Assembly (NCBI GenBank): GCA_964016885.1
Contig: OZ024742.1
Coordinates: 302,188,001-302,252,000, forward strand
Source: Eledone cirrhosa
Lineage: Eukaryota
DNA: 64,000 nt
Direction: 5' to 3'
Positions 50,442-64,000 of the stretch are shown piece after piece. The position numbers were made by a program, and so were the translations under genes. The notes under the pieces are model-generated. The model did no database searches and had not been told where the DNA came from. It saw only the letters and a list, made by a program, of their open reading frames with translations. How positions within the stretch are numbered: the stretch's first letter is position 1; every line of letters begins with the position of its first letter.

Positions 50442-53120
50442 TACACATACACATATACATACATACATATATATATATACACATATATATACATACATAT
50501 ACACATACACACACATATACACACACACACACAGCAACGGCCACGCAAAAGTCTATCGCCCAACCAGTTACCGACATGAAGTTCCGGCTGGCCAAAGGTT
50601 TCACCACAACAGAAACACCCCTATCCCAAATGGCACACATTTTTTAGGACTAGGGGCCTCGCACCAAATGAAAGAAAAAAAGAAAAAAGCACCACCTTTC
50701 AAGTGGCACCTGACGAGAAAGAACCAATCGAACCAAAAATAATCAATATTATTAACACAAGAAATTAACACAACCAGAAATACAACTGTTAGAAAATGGA
50801 CTGAAGTTCACTCCCACTCCGAAAGCAGACACAGCCGATGTTATAAAAGACACAGAAGAATGCTGTCGAAAATTACGCTTAGGAGAATTCTTCCAGGGTG
50901 TACAATACGAGGAAGAATCACTGGTGAAAAACAAAAAGAACTTCACACCCCCGCTAAATAGAGATAAATACCTGGAGGAATACATAACCTGCCTTCGCCG
51001 ATCAGCACGTACAAATACGGCCGAGACGAAACACAAATGCAACATCCCTACAGACCAACTACTAGCATTGAACAAGCTACAAAGAGATTCCTCAATAATA
51101 ATAAAAGAAGCGGACAAAGGTGGAGCAATCGTCATCATGGACACAAACCACTACAAAGATATGGTCCTAGCACACTTGAATGACGAAAACTTCTACAGGA
51201 AAATCACTAAAAACGAAGAAAGGAAATCGAGGAACCAAATAGGCAAACTAACAACAAAGTACCAAAACAACCTAACACCAAAAGAAGTAGATTACCTAAC
51301 CAACTTCGAAATGAAAACCAGCAATTTCTATGGATTACCAAAAATTCACAAATCCATAGAAATCCAAAACAACATAAAAGGGAAAAATACATCATACATC
51401 GAAGCACCAAAACCGACAGACTTAAAATTACGCCCCATTATTGCTGGCCCAGCCTCAAGCACGCAACGTCTAAGCAACCTATTAGACATCATACTCAAAC
51501 CCCTATGTAAAAAAGTTCCAAGCTACATCAGAGATGATATGGAATTCCTTAACTATATCCCCTAAAAAGTACACCAGGATACAATCCTAGTCAGTTTTGA
51601 TGTAATAAGCCTATACACTAACATCCCACACGACCTAGGGATTGAAGCTGTGGACTTCTGGATTACAAAACACTCAAGTCACATTTCAGAAAGATTCCCC
51701 AAAGAATTCATCTTGGAAGGACTTAAATTAGTATTGGAAAACAACCACTTCCTCTTTGACAACGAAGTTTATCTACAAATAAAAGGAACAGCCATGGGTA
51801 CCAAAGTGGCCCCTACATATGCAACGCTCGTTATGGGTCACTTAGAGGCAAAATTATATTCCCAACTACAGATAACATTCAGTCACGACTTCGCCTTCTA
51901 CATTAATAAAAACTGGAAACGTTACCTAGATGACTGCTTCATCTTCTGGAACAGAAGCCAAACAGACCTACAAAAATTTTATTCGATCCTAAACAGGCTT
52001 CATGAAGCCATACAATTCACTATGGAATGTAACGAAAAGGAACTGCCCTTTCTAGATATCATCATCATTAAAGAAGGGGAAAATATCATAACGGACCTAT
52101 TTTGCAAACCCACTGACACACACCAATACTTAAATTTCCGGTCAGCACACCCCTCACATACGAAAAGGAACATTCCCTTCAACATGGCAAGGCGCATCTG
52201 AACTATAGCAACACACCCCGTACTACAAGAAAAAAGATTATGTGACCTGAAAAAAAGCCTTAAAAAACAAGAATACCCGATGAAACTCATCAACGCAGCC
52301 ATCTCCAAGGCTAAGAACATCCCAATAACAACACTGAGAAAACCAAACCCACGACATAAAAAAGAAAACCCTGCTATCTCTTTTGTCATCACTCACAACC
52401 CAGGGAACATCAACATTGTGAAAACTGCTAAGCAGTATCTCCCGATTCTACAGCAATCTACCAAAATGAATGCACTTTTAAAAAACACACAGATAATTTA
52501 TAGCAGACGCCAAGCACCCAACCTTAAAAAACTAATTACCAAGGCAAAATTTACGACCAACATGGAATCAATGCAAGTGACGAAATGCGGGGACCCTAGA
52601 TGTGGAACCTGTGAACTCATCGAAGAGGGCAAACAGTTGTCCTTCAAAAACCATGATAATTTCAAGGTCAATGCTAACATGAACTGCAAAACGAAAAACC
52701 TAATATATTGCGCAACATGTCCACAGTGTAAAGAGTATTACATTGGGGAAACTGGAACGGGATTACATGATAGAGTCCGGGTACATAAACAACAGATTAA
52801 AGACCCCACAGTCAGAAATACCACATGTAGCGCACACTTTGCATCATGCGGGAAGGGAAAATTCACAATCTTCTCTTTCTTCAAGATATGGTCGGATAAC
52901 GAACATTTCCGCAGATATAAAGAAGAATTCTTCATTGAAAAATTTAAACCACTACTGAACACGAAAAAATGAATTAACACTCGGAGGTAAAATTCAATTT
53001 CACTACCCCCCCCCCTCTTCTTATGTATACACATGAATATCTGAGTGAACGGTGAAACACACACATATGTGTGTGTAGGGATGTATGGATGTATGTACGT
53101 GTGGGTATATATGTATGTGG

Positions 53121-53162
<42 letters not shown>

Positions 53163-53277
53163 GTATGGATGTGTGTATGTTTGTATGTGTGTGTGTGTGT
53201 ATATATATATATATGTATGTGTGTATGTGTGTATATATGTGTATATGTACATGTATGTATGTGTATGTTTGTATATA

Positions 53278-53344
<67 letters not shown>

Positions 53345-53918
53345 TTAGAAACACACAGATACATGCGGACACACACATATATACATGAATGCATCCGCAC
53401 CCAACTGTGAGTTAAGGGTGCCAACTTCACCGATGTTGCTCAATGAATGACTGGGACAGACCAATTCAGTTTGAACCAGACTGAACCAGTATCAGAGTTA
53501 AAAATACATTATGAAGAGAGAAGAAACATTTAGATATAATTAGTAATAAAAGGTATCATACCTAAACTGTTTCTAAATTCCTCGACTACGTAGTTTCGTG
53601 GCATAAACAAAAACAATATATCAAAGATATAGAGTCCTTGCGAGGTCTGCCGACTTATCAAGAGGATACCTCATTTTACTAGTCTCAAGAACGCGTCTAC
53701 ACGACGTGAGAAAGAATCCCAAAAGGCGGAGGGGGAGATAGTCACGCGATACAATATATATATGTGTATGTGTGTGTGTGTGTATGCCTCTCTCTTTATA
53801 TGTGTATATATATATAGATGCATGTGTGTATGTGTGTGTGTGTATGCATGTATGTGTGAACAGAGGGGTATATATACGGACATATGTATATGTGTGTGTG
53901 TGTGTGTGCGTGTGTATA

Positions 53919-53986
<68 letters not shown>

Positions 53987-54068
53987 CGTGTATGTGTATA
54001 TATGTATATTTAGTTATGTATCTTTATGTGTGTATATGTATGTATATGTATGTATGTATATGTATGTA

Positions 54069-54131
<63 letters not shown>

Positions 54132-55002
54132 GTATGTGTGTGTATATGTGTGTGTATGTGTATATGTATGTATATATATGTGTATATATATATATATGTA
54201 TGTATGTATATGTGTATGTGTATGTGTGTGTATATATATATATATACCCATGTGGAGGTATGAGTACATATTCGTGTGTGTACGTATGTATATGTGTGTT
54301 TTTATATGTGTCTCTATATGTTTTTGTGTATGTATGTGGATGTATTTGTGCATGGGTGTGTGATTGATGGTGTGTGCCTATATGTTCCTACATATGCCCG
54401 TGTGTGTATGTACGTATATTCGCACATATGTGTGTGTTGAACAAAGGACTAACTTTGGGATGGACGTAGAAAAATTCTTCAGGAAAAAAAGAAGAAAAAA
54501 ATAATTATTCACAAACTTGACAGGTGCGATTTGCCTGTGACCATTCTCAACACAAAAGCAATGCTAAAAGCTTTTTCCCCTGAATAAAGGAATTTTTCGA
54601 GAATGACCGGGGCAGGCCGCACTTGCTACATTTCTCCCCACCCAACCCTACTCACCGTCTCAACTCATTACTGCTATGAACACTTTTTCAACACACCTAC
54701 ACCCATGCACTTATTAAAGGGGGAGAAAAGAAACCCCCACCACACCACAGACATGTTAAATCCCTATATATAGAACAACACACCACATACACATCAGTTT
54801 GACAAGCGCACCTCAGCGTGAAAGGTCTTTCTAAAAACGAAACAATACCTCCTACGTTAACCAAGAACTCCTAAGACCTAACCAACAACCAACAACTTAA
54901 TTTATAAAATAATTTTTTTTAAGAAAAATTCTTTTGGGATTTTGTGAAGAAAATAAATTTGTTGAAAGCACAAGTGACGCCATTTTTTCTTCCCCCCCTG
55001 TC

Positions 55003-55008
<6 letters not shown>
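49666..55008 (+). mobile_element. Penelope-like element with an inverted copy of its 3' end at the 5' side
   Basis: ~49666-50530 is the reverse complement of ~54130-55008; the arms enclose an RT + GIY-YIG ORF. Confidence 0.85.
50740..52972 (+). pseudogene. PLE reverse transcriptase + GIY-YIG endonuclease (Cys-rich linker, Neptune-like)
   Basis: GLKFTPTP, ADKGGAIVIMD, FYGLPKIHK, RPII, FDVISLYTNIP, GTAMGT..AP, RYLDDCF, LPFLD, CGDPRCGTC, NLIYCATC..C..YIGET..RVRVH; in-frame stops at 51563 and 52199. Confidence 0.92.
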
Positions 55009-55066
<58 letters not shown>

Positions 55067-56390
55067 AACGAGTAGGACCCCGACGGCTGAGCTCAAGCCG
55101 TTCCGACGGCTAATTCTGGACTAAATGAACATTTTTATCCTGGTAGATGAATAGCCGAGCTTCTCAGGGGGTAATTCCATATATGTTAAAAGTGATTGTC
55201 ACAAGGATTGGTCAAAAGTTTGTTGTTGAGACATAATTCTATCATGGCATTTTGTGGAAGGAAGGGGTAGCTGAACCTGCCAGTAGAAGAAAGAGGGAGA
55301 GGGAGTGGAGGAAACCCAGTCGTGCGTTGATAGTGCCAACTACAGCAGGATCCTAAGGATAAGAGGTAGAGAAAGTATACTAGGGAGGAGGAGGGGAGGA
55401 AGTCGAAACAATAAGTAAATCAATATGGAGTAAATATATAAAAGAATAATAAGAATGTTAAAAATATAAAAAAAAACAATTTCTGGTTACTATTCCCTTA
55501 CCACAATCACCAAGTCTCTCACTGGTACTACCAAACTACAGAAAAGTTTAATAGGTGGGACGGAATACTAAATACGAGATAGTGAAAGAATTTTATGTAG
55601 TGAAAGAATTTTATGAGTTAGTAGTAATCATCCAAATCTATTTTACAGTGACAGGTCAACAAGTAGGGGATCAAAATACTAAAGAAACTACTACGAAATA
55701 ATAATTCGGAGTCCCGAAACTAATACGAAATAATAATTCAGAATCCCGAAAATGAATACTAATACAATATATAAGGGTGCCGCTACGATACAAACATTCT
55801 AATACAAACTACATGAATGCTCGTACGATATATATGAAAAATTTGATACGAAAAATATTAATTCAGAATTCCCCCCCCCCCCCCCCCCCTAAAAAAAATA
55901 CTGATATACGAGAAACTGAAGCAGAGATACCACTAAGAAATCTAGAAAGCATGGAAATGGGACAGTCATCGGATAAGAAAGCAAGTATCTGGGGTCTATC
56001 ACATCTGCTATAAAAAGCGGAGTCGGCCAATTCTATCATAGAATAGGGGATGGGGGTGGGGGTACTGAGGCTACAAAGGACCGAAGGGCTGCCTCGGGGT
56101 GGGCGAGAAAGTGAAAAAGACGTCGACAAAGAAGGAGAACTGGGGTGGAAGGACTAGGAAGGGATGGGGGGGGGGAAATATAAAGGAAACGATAAAAAGA
56201 TATATAAGAAAATCTTACGTCTACCTTTGCAAGCAGGGGTTACCCATTACAAAGTCGGCAAGTGGGGTGTTACAGCCCTTGTCTACCTCCCCGGGTCATT
56301 ATGGGGTTTGAGGGCGAGGTAAGTCCTACGCAATCTGTGTTTGCATGCAGTTACCAGTTCGTCTTTCTTGTTTAGGAGTTGGTCCATAGG

Positions 56391-56428
<38 letters not shown>

Positions 56429-56499
56429 CCTAACTACAGGCTCCTAATCGGTCGATCAACCACCTAAACATACAGCACTACTATGGGAAAGCATTACAT

Positions 56500-58762
56500 A
56501 GGTATGTCCCTAAAGAACATTCCTAAAGGATTATACCCTCGGGATGATACAACGAACAAACGACTTTATACGTCGGGTTAGATGGAAAACTTTCCATTTC
56601 GCCAAAGGATGTAACGGTCGCACCGTTGAATGCGATAAGGAAACATACGGCTTCAAATCATGTAAGAACCCACCTACCAACCCTCAACTGGATGCCTTTG
56701 AACAGGACTTACTGAAGATGGTTATGGATATCAAATTAAAAAGCAGAGGAATAATAAACTCCAGAATGACATGAATACATTCATAAAAAAGCTGCGAACT
56801 ACCCACGGAGTTATTGTCAAAGCGTACAAAACCTCAAATGTGTATACGATGGATATTAATATATACCATACCTTCATACGGAAGGAATTACATAGAAAAT
56901 ACAGAAAAACTAACGAGACGGCACAGATAAACATCAACAACGAGGCACACAATATAGTCAAACACCTAGAAATAGAGGATAGAACAGAGCCACTTAGACC
57001 ATGTACCACCACATTTAATCTCAAAGACCTTAAGGTAACTTTTGATTATAACCCCACAATTAGACTTATATGCCCGTCCAAATCAGACATTGGGAAAATT
57101 TGTAAACATATATTAGACAGAATAATAACACAAATGAAGAATAAACTAGTGATTAAACTATTGGGTAACACTACCGAAACAATTAAATGGTTTAACAGTA
57201 TAGCCAACGAAAAAGCATCTAAGTTTATACAATTTAACATTAACGATTATTATTCCTCTATATCACCCAATACCTTGGATAAAGCCTTAGCATTCGTCAA
57301 AGCCAACTCTGACCTAACAGAAGACGAGATAAAAATTATATTAGCTGCTAGGAAAACAATAATTAAATTTGAAAACGCCTATTGGGAACGTAAGGATAGA
57401 TTAGATAACTTTGACATCACGATGGGGGCTAATGACTCGGCTCAGTTCACGGATATAGTAGGTATTTACATAGCCCATAGTTTACATAAGGAATTTAGTG
57501 ACCTTCACGGTGGAATCTACAGAGACGACGCCCTTCTTCTAGTTAAGAACCTAAATAACCAGAGCATATAAAGACTGCGCAAGAATATTAGAAAGACTCG
57601 GCAAACTGGGCCTTAGCATAACGTATGAATATAGCACTAAAATAGTTAACTTTCTAGACGCGACGCTTAACCTAAATACGGGACTTATAAGACCTTTTCA
57701 CAAGAATAATGAAAATTTAGCATACATCAACTGTAATTCGAACCACCCACTCTCCATAATTAAGTAGTTCCACGCAGCATATTCCTTAGGATCTCCCGCC
57801 TCTCGTCTAACCGACAAATCTTCAAGGAACACGCGGAGTACTACAATACCGCACTAGATAAGGCAGGCCACCTAGATAGAGTAGAATATATAGATGAAAG
57901 CCTCCGCAAAGCACACACGAACAGGCATAACACAAACCCCAGAAACACAAGCACACACGCATTTACGCATAGAACTACCAATTATACTGAAAATAGAAAT
58001 ACAACATCAAAATCAAACAGGTCACGCAGTAGAAAATATATTTGGTATAACCCTATATTTAACACCTCTATTGGTACCAATCTACCCTCTACCTTCTTTA
58101 GAATAATAAATAAGCACTTTCTAGATTCACATAGATACAGCAAAATCCTTAACACTAAATCTATTAGACTATCTTACTCCACTGCACCAAACATAGGGGC
58201 ACACATTAAGATACTTAACGCTAAAAAGATACGTAACATCACCGGAACACAAATTTATAACAATAACAATACAATTACCATCGAACACAACAGAATATCT
58301 AATACACAACCACCCACTAGAAGGCAAACAAAACGTAACACACTTGTACAGGCATCGCAGCCCACCAATAATGCCAAAGTTGCCCATGATAAAAATTGTA
58401 ATTGCCACCTACCTGAAACCTGTCCATTGCATAATTAATATATGCAGTCTAACCTGGTTTAAGACTGGGAATACATTTAAAGCTCGTTGGTATACACATC
58501 GCTACGCAATGAAACATTCCCAGCGAACAAGACCTGGCAACTGAGGGAAAATAACCATCAATACACCCTGAAGTGGAAGAAATTATCGAACGCGCCTGCA
58601 TATCGGAGTGGTATGAGAAGCTGTCGGTTATGTGACCTTGAACTGTTCCACATTTTGAGTTCGAAGAATAAGTTACTCAACAATAAAATCGAAAGATCAA
58701 TTTATTGCAAGCATAGACTTAAAGAAAAATGTTCGCACTACAAGTGCAAATCGAACCCTTAA
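56500..58762 (+). pseudogene. Second, divergent and decayed Penelope-like RT/endonuclease
   Basis: F.RRVRWK, IRLICPSKSDIGKI, FDITMGAND, GIYRDD, VNFLD, YIN.NSNHP, FKARWYTHR, CRLCDLE...CKH; many frameshifts. Confidence 0.8.
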
Positions 58763-59034
58763 CCTCCTACTACCACCTGACAAACTGCATATACTTAGAC
58801 TTTCTACCCTCTTATTGAATCTAACCCCTTTAATTACCCACAGTAACCAATACTTATGTCCCTCTCTCCTTCATTCCTTTTTTTTTTTTCGTTTTCTTCT
58901 TTTCTTCTCTCTCTTTTTTGTTCTCTTTTCTTTTCTTCTTTTTTCTCTTCCCCCTTTTATATATATATATTTATCTTTCTACCCCCCTCTCTCTCTCTCT
59001 ACACACACATATATATATATACACATATATGCAT

Positions 59035-59127
<93 letters not shown>

Positions 59128-59433
59128 CTTCGTTCTTGAATTGGTTTTGTAAGATTTCTTATCTGAAAACGTGTGTTGAAACAGATATTGTTATACTTTG
59201 GGAGGAAATTTATAATAAATTGAAGTGAAAACCATCAGGTGCGTGTGTTTTTATTGGCAGCATAGCCCTCCCAAAATATAACAATATAACAATATATATA
59301 TATATAACATTCATACAAATAAAACTTGATATAGAAGCTCCAGTGTGTATGTATGTATGTATGTATGTATGTATGTATGTATGTATGTATGTATGTATGT
59401 ATGTATGTATGTATGTATGTATGTATGTATGTA

Positions 59434-59889
59434 TCAAAGGGCAAAGGAGCTCTTAAGAGTCAATGGCCATCCAAAATCACCGGGAGAGATGACCCCTTAG
59501 CCTTTGTCAAGGCAGAATTCTAGGAGAAGGAAAACTCTGATATAACACCTGCAACCCTGATGGTATCCAATGATGTTGACTTGTTCTTCTTTTTGGTAAA
59601 TATCATCTTGGTTAAGAGAGTGGGACTGGCTTTGTGCAGTGCTTTTGCTCACTATAAAAGCTTCACGGCACAGGCATTACTTTATATCTGGAGATCTCTC
59701 TACACTTGTCGTCACATGGTACCATGGGCCCAGCACTATGTGTCAATAATTGTCACAATTGTAGTGTTTGTACCAGAGTTTTCAAGTCGCTGGCTGGACT
59801 AAAATGTCACTCGTTCAGCGCATCGGTAGGAGTTCTCCTACATGGATATAAAGTAGTGGCCGTACTCGAAAACGAATTGGCAGCCACCA
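59434..59889 (+). mobile_element. Short non-autonomous RTE-derived element embedded in (ATGT)n
   Basis: 5' ctaggagaaggaaaactctga (RTE-like UTR, from recall); C-terminal CSVCTRVFKSLAGLKCH; 3' end tggccgtactcgaaaacga..gcagcca. Similar 3' ends lie on minus at ~5086-5135 and ~61080-61115. Confidence 0.55.
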
Positions 59890-60378
59890 TGTATGTATGT
59901 ATGTATGTATGTATGTATGTATGTATGTATGTATGTATGTATGTATGTATGTATGTATGCATACATGTATGTACATTTGTTGTTATGAAGATGTCTACAT
60001 GTACGGGAAGAAAATTGAAATGTCTGTGTATTGATCTTCATATAAATCTGAATGGCGTGATATCCCAATATATTTCACATACATTTACACATACATACAT
60101 ACATACATACATATATAAAAACATACACATATACATATACACATACATACATTCATACATACATCCACACATGCACCCACATACATACATACATTCATAC
60201 ATACATGCATACATATATACATTCACATATACAAACATCATTTATGCATCCAAACATAGATATATATATATATATACAAACATACACATATACATATACA
60301 CATATATTTATACATTCATACATACATATATACATACATACGTTCATACATACATACATATATACAAACATATACACA

Positions 60379-60412
<34 letters not shown>

Positions 60413-61497
60413 CATACATACATTCATATATATATATACATCCATCCATGCATCCAAACATACATACACACATACGTCGGAAGTATGTATGTATATATAA
60501 TATATACATTACTAACAATTTAGTCTGTCGTTGTTGGGCTATTTACCCCATAAAATGCTTTTCTTTCTATTCTTTTTATTCCATGTCAGACCATGTCTCT
60601 CTCCTGAGCCTCATCTCCCGTTACTTATTCTCCATAACTTGTTCCCATGAATTGCCAATCATCCCCAAGGTGGTTTGTTTGGAAATTTACTCAGTGGAGC
60701 TGTAAGTTGAAGTGGTATCAGTGGCTTGCCGTCTACTTTAGCGTGAGCGTCTTCACGTATACATTGGGTGGCCTCTGTGAGGACAGCTCTCTGCCTCATA
60801 GCAAAAACAATACACCCTGTTGACGGTATGGATGGAATTAGGTCACGTTGAATTGATCAATAAAGGCCAGACTACATAAACTGTCACAGTAACAGTGATT
60901 GTTACTATTTTCTTTTTTTTTTTTTTTTTGCTATTCCATTATTTTTTTTCGGAATCAAGAAACCCCATATGCCCCCAAATCTTTCCCTTGAGACGTAGAT
61001 TTCGAAAATCAAACATTTTTGCCTTCAGAAGGCACCGTTCTGGAAACTTTTGGTCCCCCCCCCCACATACACACACACAATGATGGCTGTAACTCGATTT
61101 CGAGTAATGCTATTGCTTGATACTTCAGCTTGGGTATTACAGACGTGGCTTTTTAGTCTTGCTAGGAACTTGTCTACGGCCAGCAATACCATGTATCGCA
61201 AAAGATGTCACATATCAAGCGATGCCTGTGTTTGAAGCTTTTTTAAGTGATGAAAGGCTTTGTACGTTGTCAATCCATCCCTCTGAACATCGAATGCATG
61301 TACCCAAAAAGTATAACTGGTTTATATCATTGGATGCAAACGAAGTCACAGGTTTTATATCAGACTGACCTTCTCATAGAGAGATGTCTTAATGAAAACT
61401 ATGAGTCTCTCGCTCCACAGAAAAAAAAGAAATCTTTATTGCATGGCCGTTGGATCTCCTGAGTTCTTCTGCTTTTTGATACAAGCATGTATACATA

Positions 61498-62379
61498 CGA
61501 GGAGTGTCAGAAAAGTTCCAGAACTGATGTCACAAAAGATTTATTTCAAACCCAAACTTCACACTAAGAGTTTTTTCCTTAAAAGTAATCCCCTGGAGTC
61601 TAATGCACTTTTCCATCTTTTTCTGCCACGCTTGCATGCACTCCTGGAAGGATTCTTCCAGGATCCTCCGCAGTTCCGTCGTCACGGCCTTTTTGATGTC
61701 GTCCACGTCTTCAAAACGGGTCCCCTTGATGACCCCCTTGAGCATCCGGTGATGACTGTCCCTAGCAAGCTGGTTCGGTTTCAAGACGCTTGAAGATGTC
61801 CTGGCACACTTGCATGCGTCGATTCTTCTGGTCATCGTTCAGCAGTTTTGGCACCATCTTCGCGCAGACTTTCCGCATGTCCAAATCTTCAGTGAGAATC
61901 TTCCAGACGCTGTCCCGATTCATGCCCAGCTCATTTGCCATCAGTCGTACAGTCAGCCGACGATCGCTACGCACCATCTGCCTGACGCGCTCAACGTTGA
62001 CCTCAGTCCTGGTTGTTGAGGGCCTTCCGCTCCTGGGGTCATCTTCCACCTCCTCGTGTCCTTCTTTAAACCTCTTGCACCACTCAGAAACACGTGAGCG
62101 TGACATCGTCTCATCTCCATACACTTGCTGCAGCAATCCCAGTGCTTCTGACGGAGTTTTCGCCAACCGTTCGTTGCTCTGTGCTCATTGCTTGACGACC
62201 TGAAACAGAGGACATGTATATAAAATTATGAAGAAAAAAGTTTGATCGCTGCAGAGAGTTAAGATTACAGTTACATACTCCAGGGGGATTACTTTGAAGG
62301 AGAACATTCTTAGTGTAAAGTTTGGGTTTGAAATAAATCTTTTGTGACATCAGTCCTGGAACTTTTCTGACACACCTCG
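61498..62379 (-). mobile_element. Internally deleted mariner (Tc1/mariner) element with ~100-bp TIRs and TA TSD
   Basis: TA|cgagg..tcagaaaagttccag ... ctggaacttttctga..cctcg|TA. Transposase HTH region (W..RFKEG..V.DDPRSGRPST, RKVCAKMVPKLL) is joined to the C-terminus (KGTRFEDV...CI); the DDD core is missing. Confidence 0.93.
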
Positions 62380-63439
62380 TATATACATAAAATCATGCAT
62401 ACATGCAAGTATAATCCATTAATGGAACTGTAAAAATATAGAAGGAAAAATAAGATAAAATGTTGGAGATGACAGGAGGTTATATATGTAGCATGTTCGC
62501 GGTTAGAGTGATAATGTATGTCAAACTATAGAGGTACTTATAAAGTGGATGAGTGATGAGCTGAGAGATGAATGGATGAGAATATTGCATTAATAGGTTA
62601 TGAGAAATTATGAGCTTTTAGGTTATTTCAAAAGTCTGTTTTGTACGTTTAGTTGTGCATGTTGTACGTTGGTGTTTCCATGAAGAGAGTAAGTAATTTT
62701 TCAAAATGCAAATAGCTCCTGAATATTTCACTTTTGATGTTGAGGCATTCTTTAGAACATTTTAAACTTTGGAGTATGCCACTTTTCTCGCCGGGACAAA
62801 GCCCACATTTCTTCGATCCGTTGATATATAGATTGGGCTTTCCTACTATTCTTCATCTTATTTTATGGGAGTCTACCTTTGTCCTTTAATCTCCATACAT
62901 ATTTCAGTAAGGCAGCCACTGATTTCATTTCAGGATGTCTGAAGGTTCAAACACGCGAGTAAAACCTTTATTTAAACCTGTCATCTACCACACCCACATA
63001 TCATTATATGCTCATTGTTTGGTTGGCGTTATCAAGTATAGCTTCAACATTATATATTATCAAGCTTACGTTACAAGCCTGTTGCAGTGGGTATTCGTCC
63101 TTTATCCTACACCAGTGTTCGGGTTGTTCATTGAGTCTATATATATCTTGCAGTTATCATTGACTTTATGGAAAGGTCACATGGATAACTGATTGCGATT
63201 GAGTGCTTACTGAAGATCCTACTCTACCTGTGATGTGGAGAGAAATGCATGTCTATTAATTTAAGTAAATTTTTTTTTTACCTACATTAGTTTTGTTCCG
63301 AAATCTATTTTACTCGTACACATGGAACGATAAAAAGCAAAGTCAACTCTGGTTGGAATTGAACTCAGAAGGTAAAGAGATGTAAATAAACACCGCAAGG
63401 TACTTTAATTGTCGTTCCATCGATTGTGTCAATTCTGAA

Positions 63440-63735
63440 CAGCAACAGCGACAACTAACACCATCAACAACAAATATCCCCCCCCCCCCACTAATATCAG
63501 CACCAGCAGCAGCAGCAACACCATCACCACCAGCACCAGCACCATCACCATCACCACCACCAGCACCACCAGCACCACCACCGCCGCCGCCGCCGCCACA
63601 ACCAGCAGCAGCACCACCACTAGCAGCAGCACCACCACCACCAGCACCGCCACCACCGCCACCACTACCACAACTATCACCTGCAGCAGCACCAGTACCA
63701 CCACCACCACCACCACCACCACCACAACAACAATT
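63440..63735. repeat. Compound (CAC/CAG/CCG)n trinucleotide tract
   Basis: Direct inspection; generates spurious Gly- and Val-rich ORFs. Confidence 0.85.
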
Positions 63736-64000
63736 AACACTAACAAACCACATATATAAACAACTAAGAAGTAGTTCATATAATCAAATAACTGTCTTTG
63801 ATGATTTTTCTGCACAACAAACACTTTTTCCTATTATGTCTACTTTGGCGTGCATTATACTTCAGATCTCTCAATCACTCTAGTATACACCCGCTTCCAC
63901 TCCTCCACACAGACACTTTATATCTGCTTAGTATTGACAGTTGCAAGAATGAGTACTCAATACCATGCTAGTGATGAATATAATTTTTATTCAGGAAAAG

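Noticed and set aside
54785-54845. Possible hammerhead in the PLE terminal repeat (TTGACAA..cgc/gcg..GAAA)
   Set aside because: The core has two mismatches and stems I and III are not convincing.
63343-63824. Gly/Ala-rich and Val-rich ORFs
   Set aside because: Products of a compound trinucleotide repeat running into a SINE fragment.

Overview
AT-rich, microsatellite-dense animal DNA. The recurring SINE pieces resemble octopus SINEs, so a cephalopod origin is my inference. The only host gene I can support is two minus-strand coding exons of a secreted Reeler-domain protein (1.5-2.6 kb). The dominant feature is a ~33 kb head-to-tail, single-orientation array of eight Tx1/L1-type non-LTR retrotransposons (E1-E8, 15.1-48.2 kb). 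Each junction is a (TATC)n tract, and one copy has a TSD that starts with TATCTAT, which points to a (TATC/GATA)n-targeting family. In five copies the ORF1 end carries an AG|GTRAGT splice-donor consensus, and in seven the ORF2 stop is a pyrimidine-preceded TAG|G, so ORF2 may be a spliceable intron. The 2.9-10.4 kb region holds four different type I hammerhead ribozyme motifs in inverted-repeat arrangements. One sits in a near-perfect 310-bp, hairpin-rich tandem repeat with one hammerhead per unit (retrozyme/circRNA-like). Also present: two decayed Penelope-like elements, an internally deleted mariner with ~100-bp TIRs, R4/Dong and RTE remnants, SINEs and minisatellites. All structures and alignments were read by eye; coordinates may be off by a few bases.
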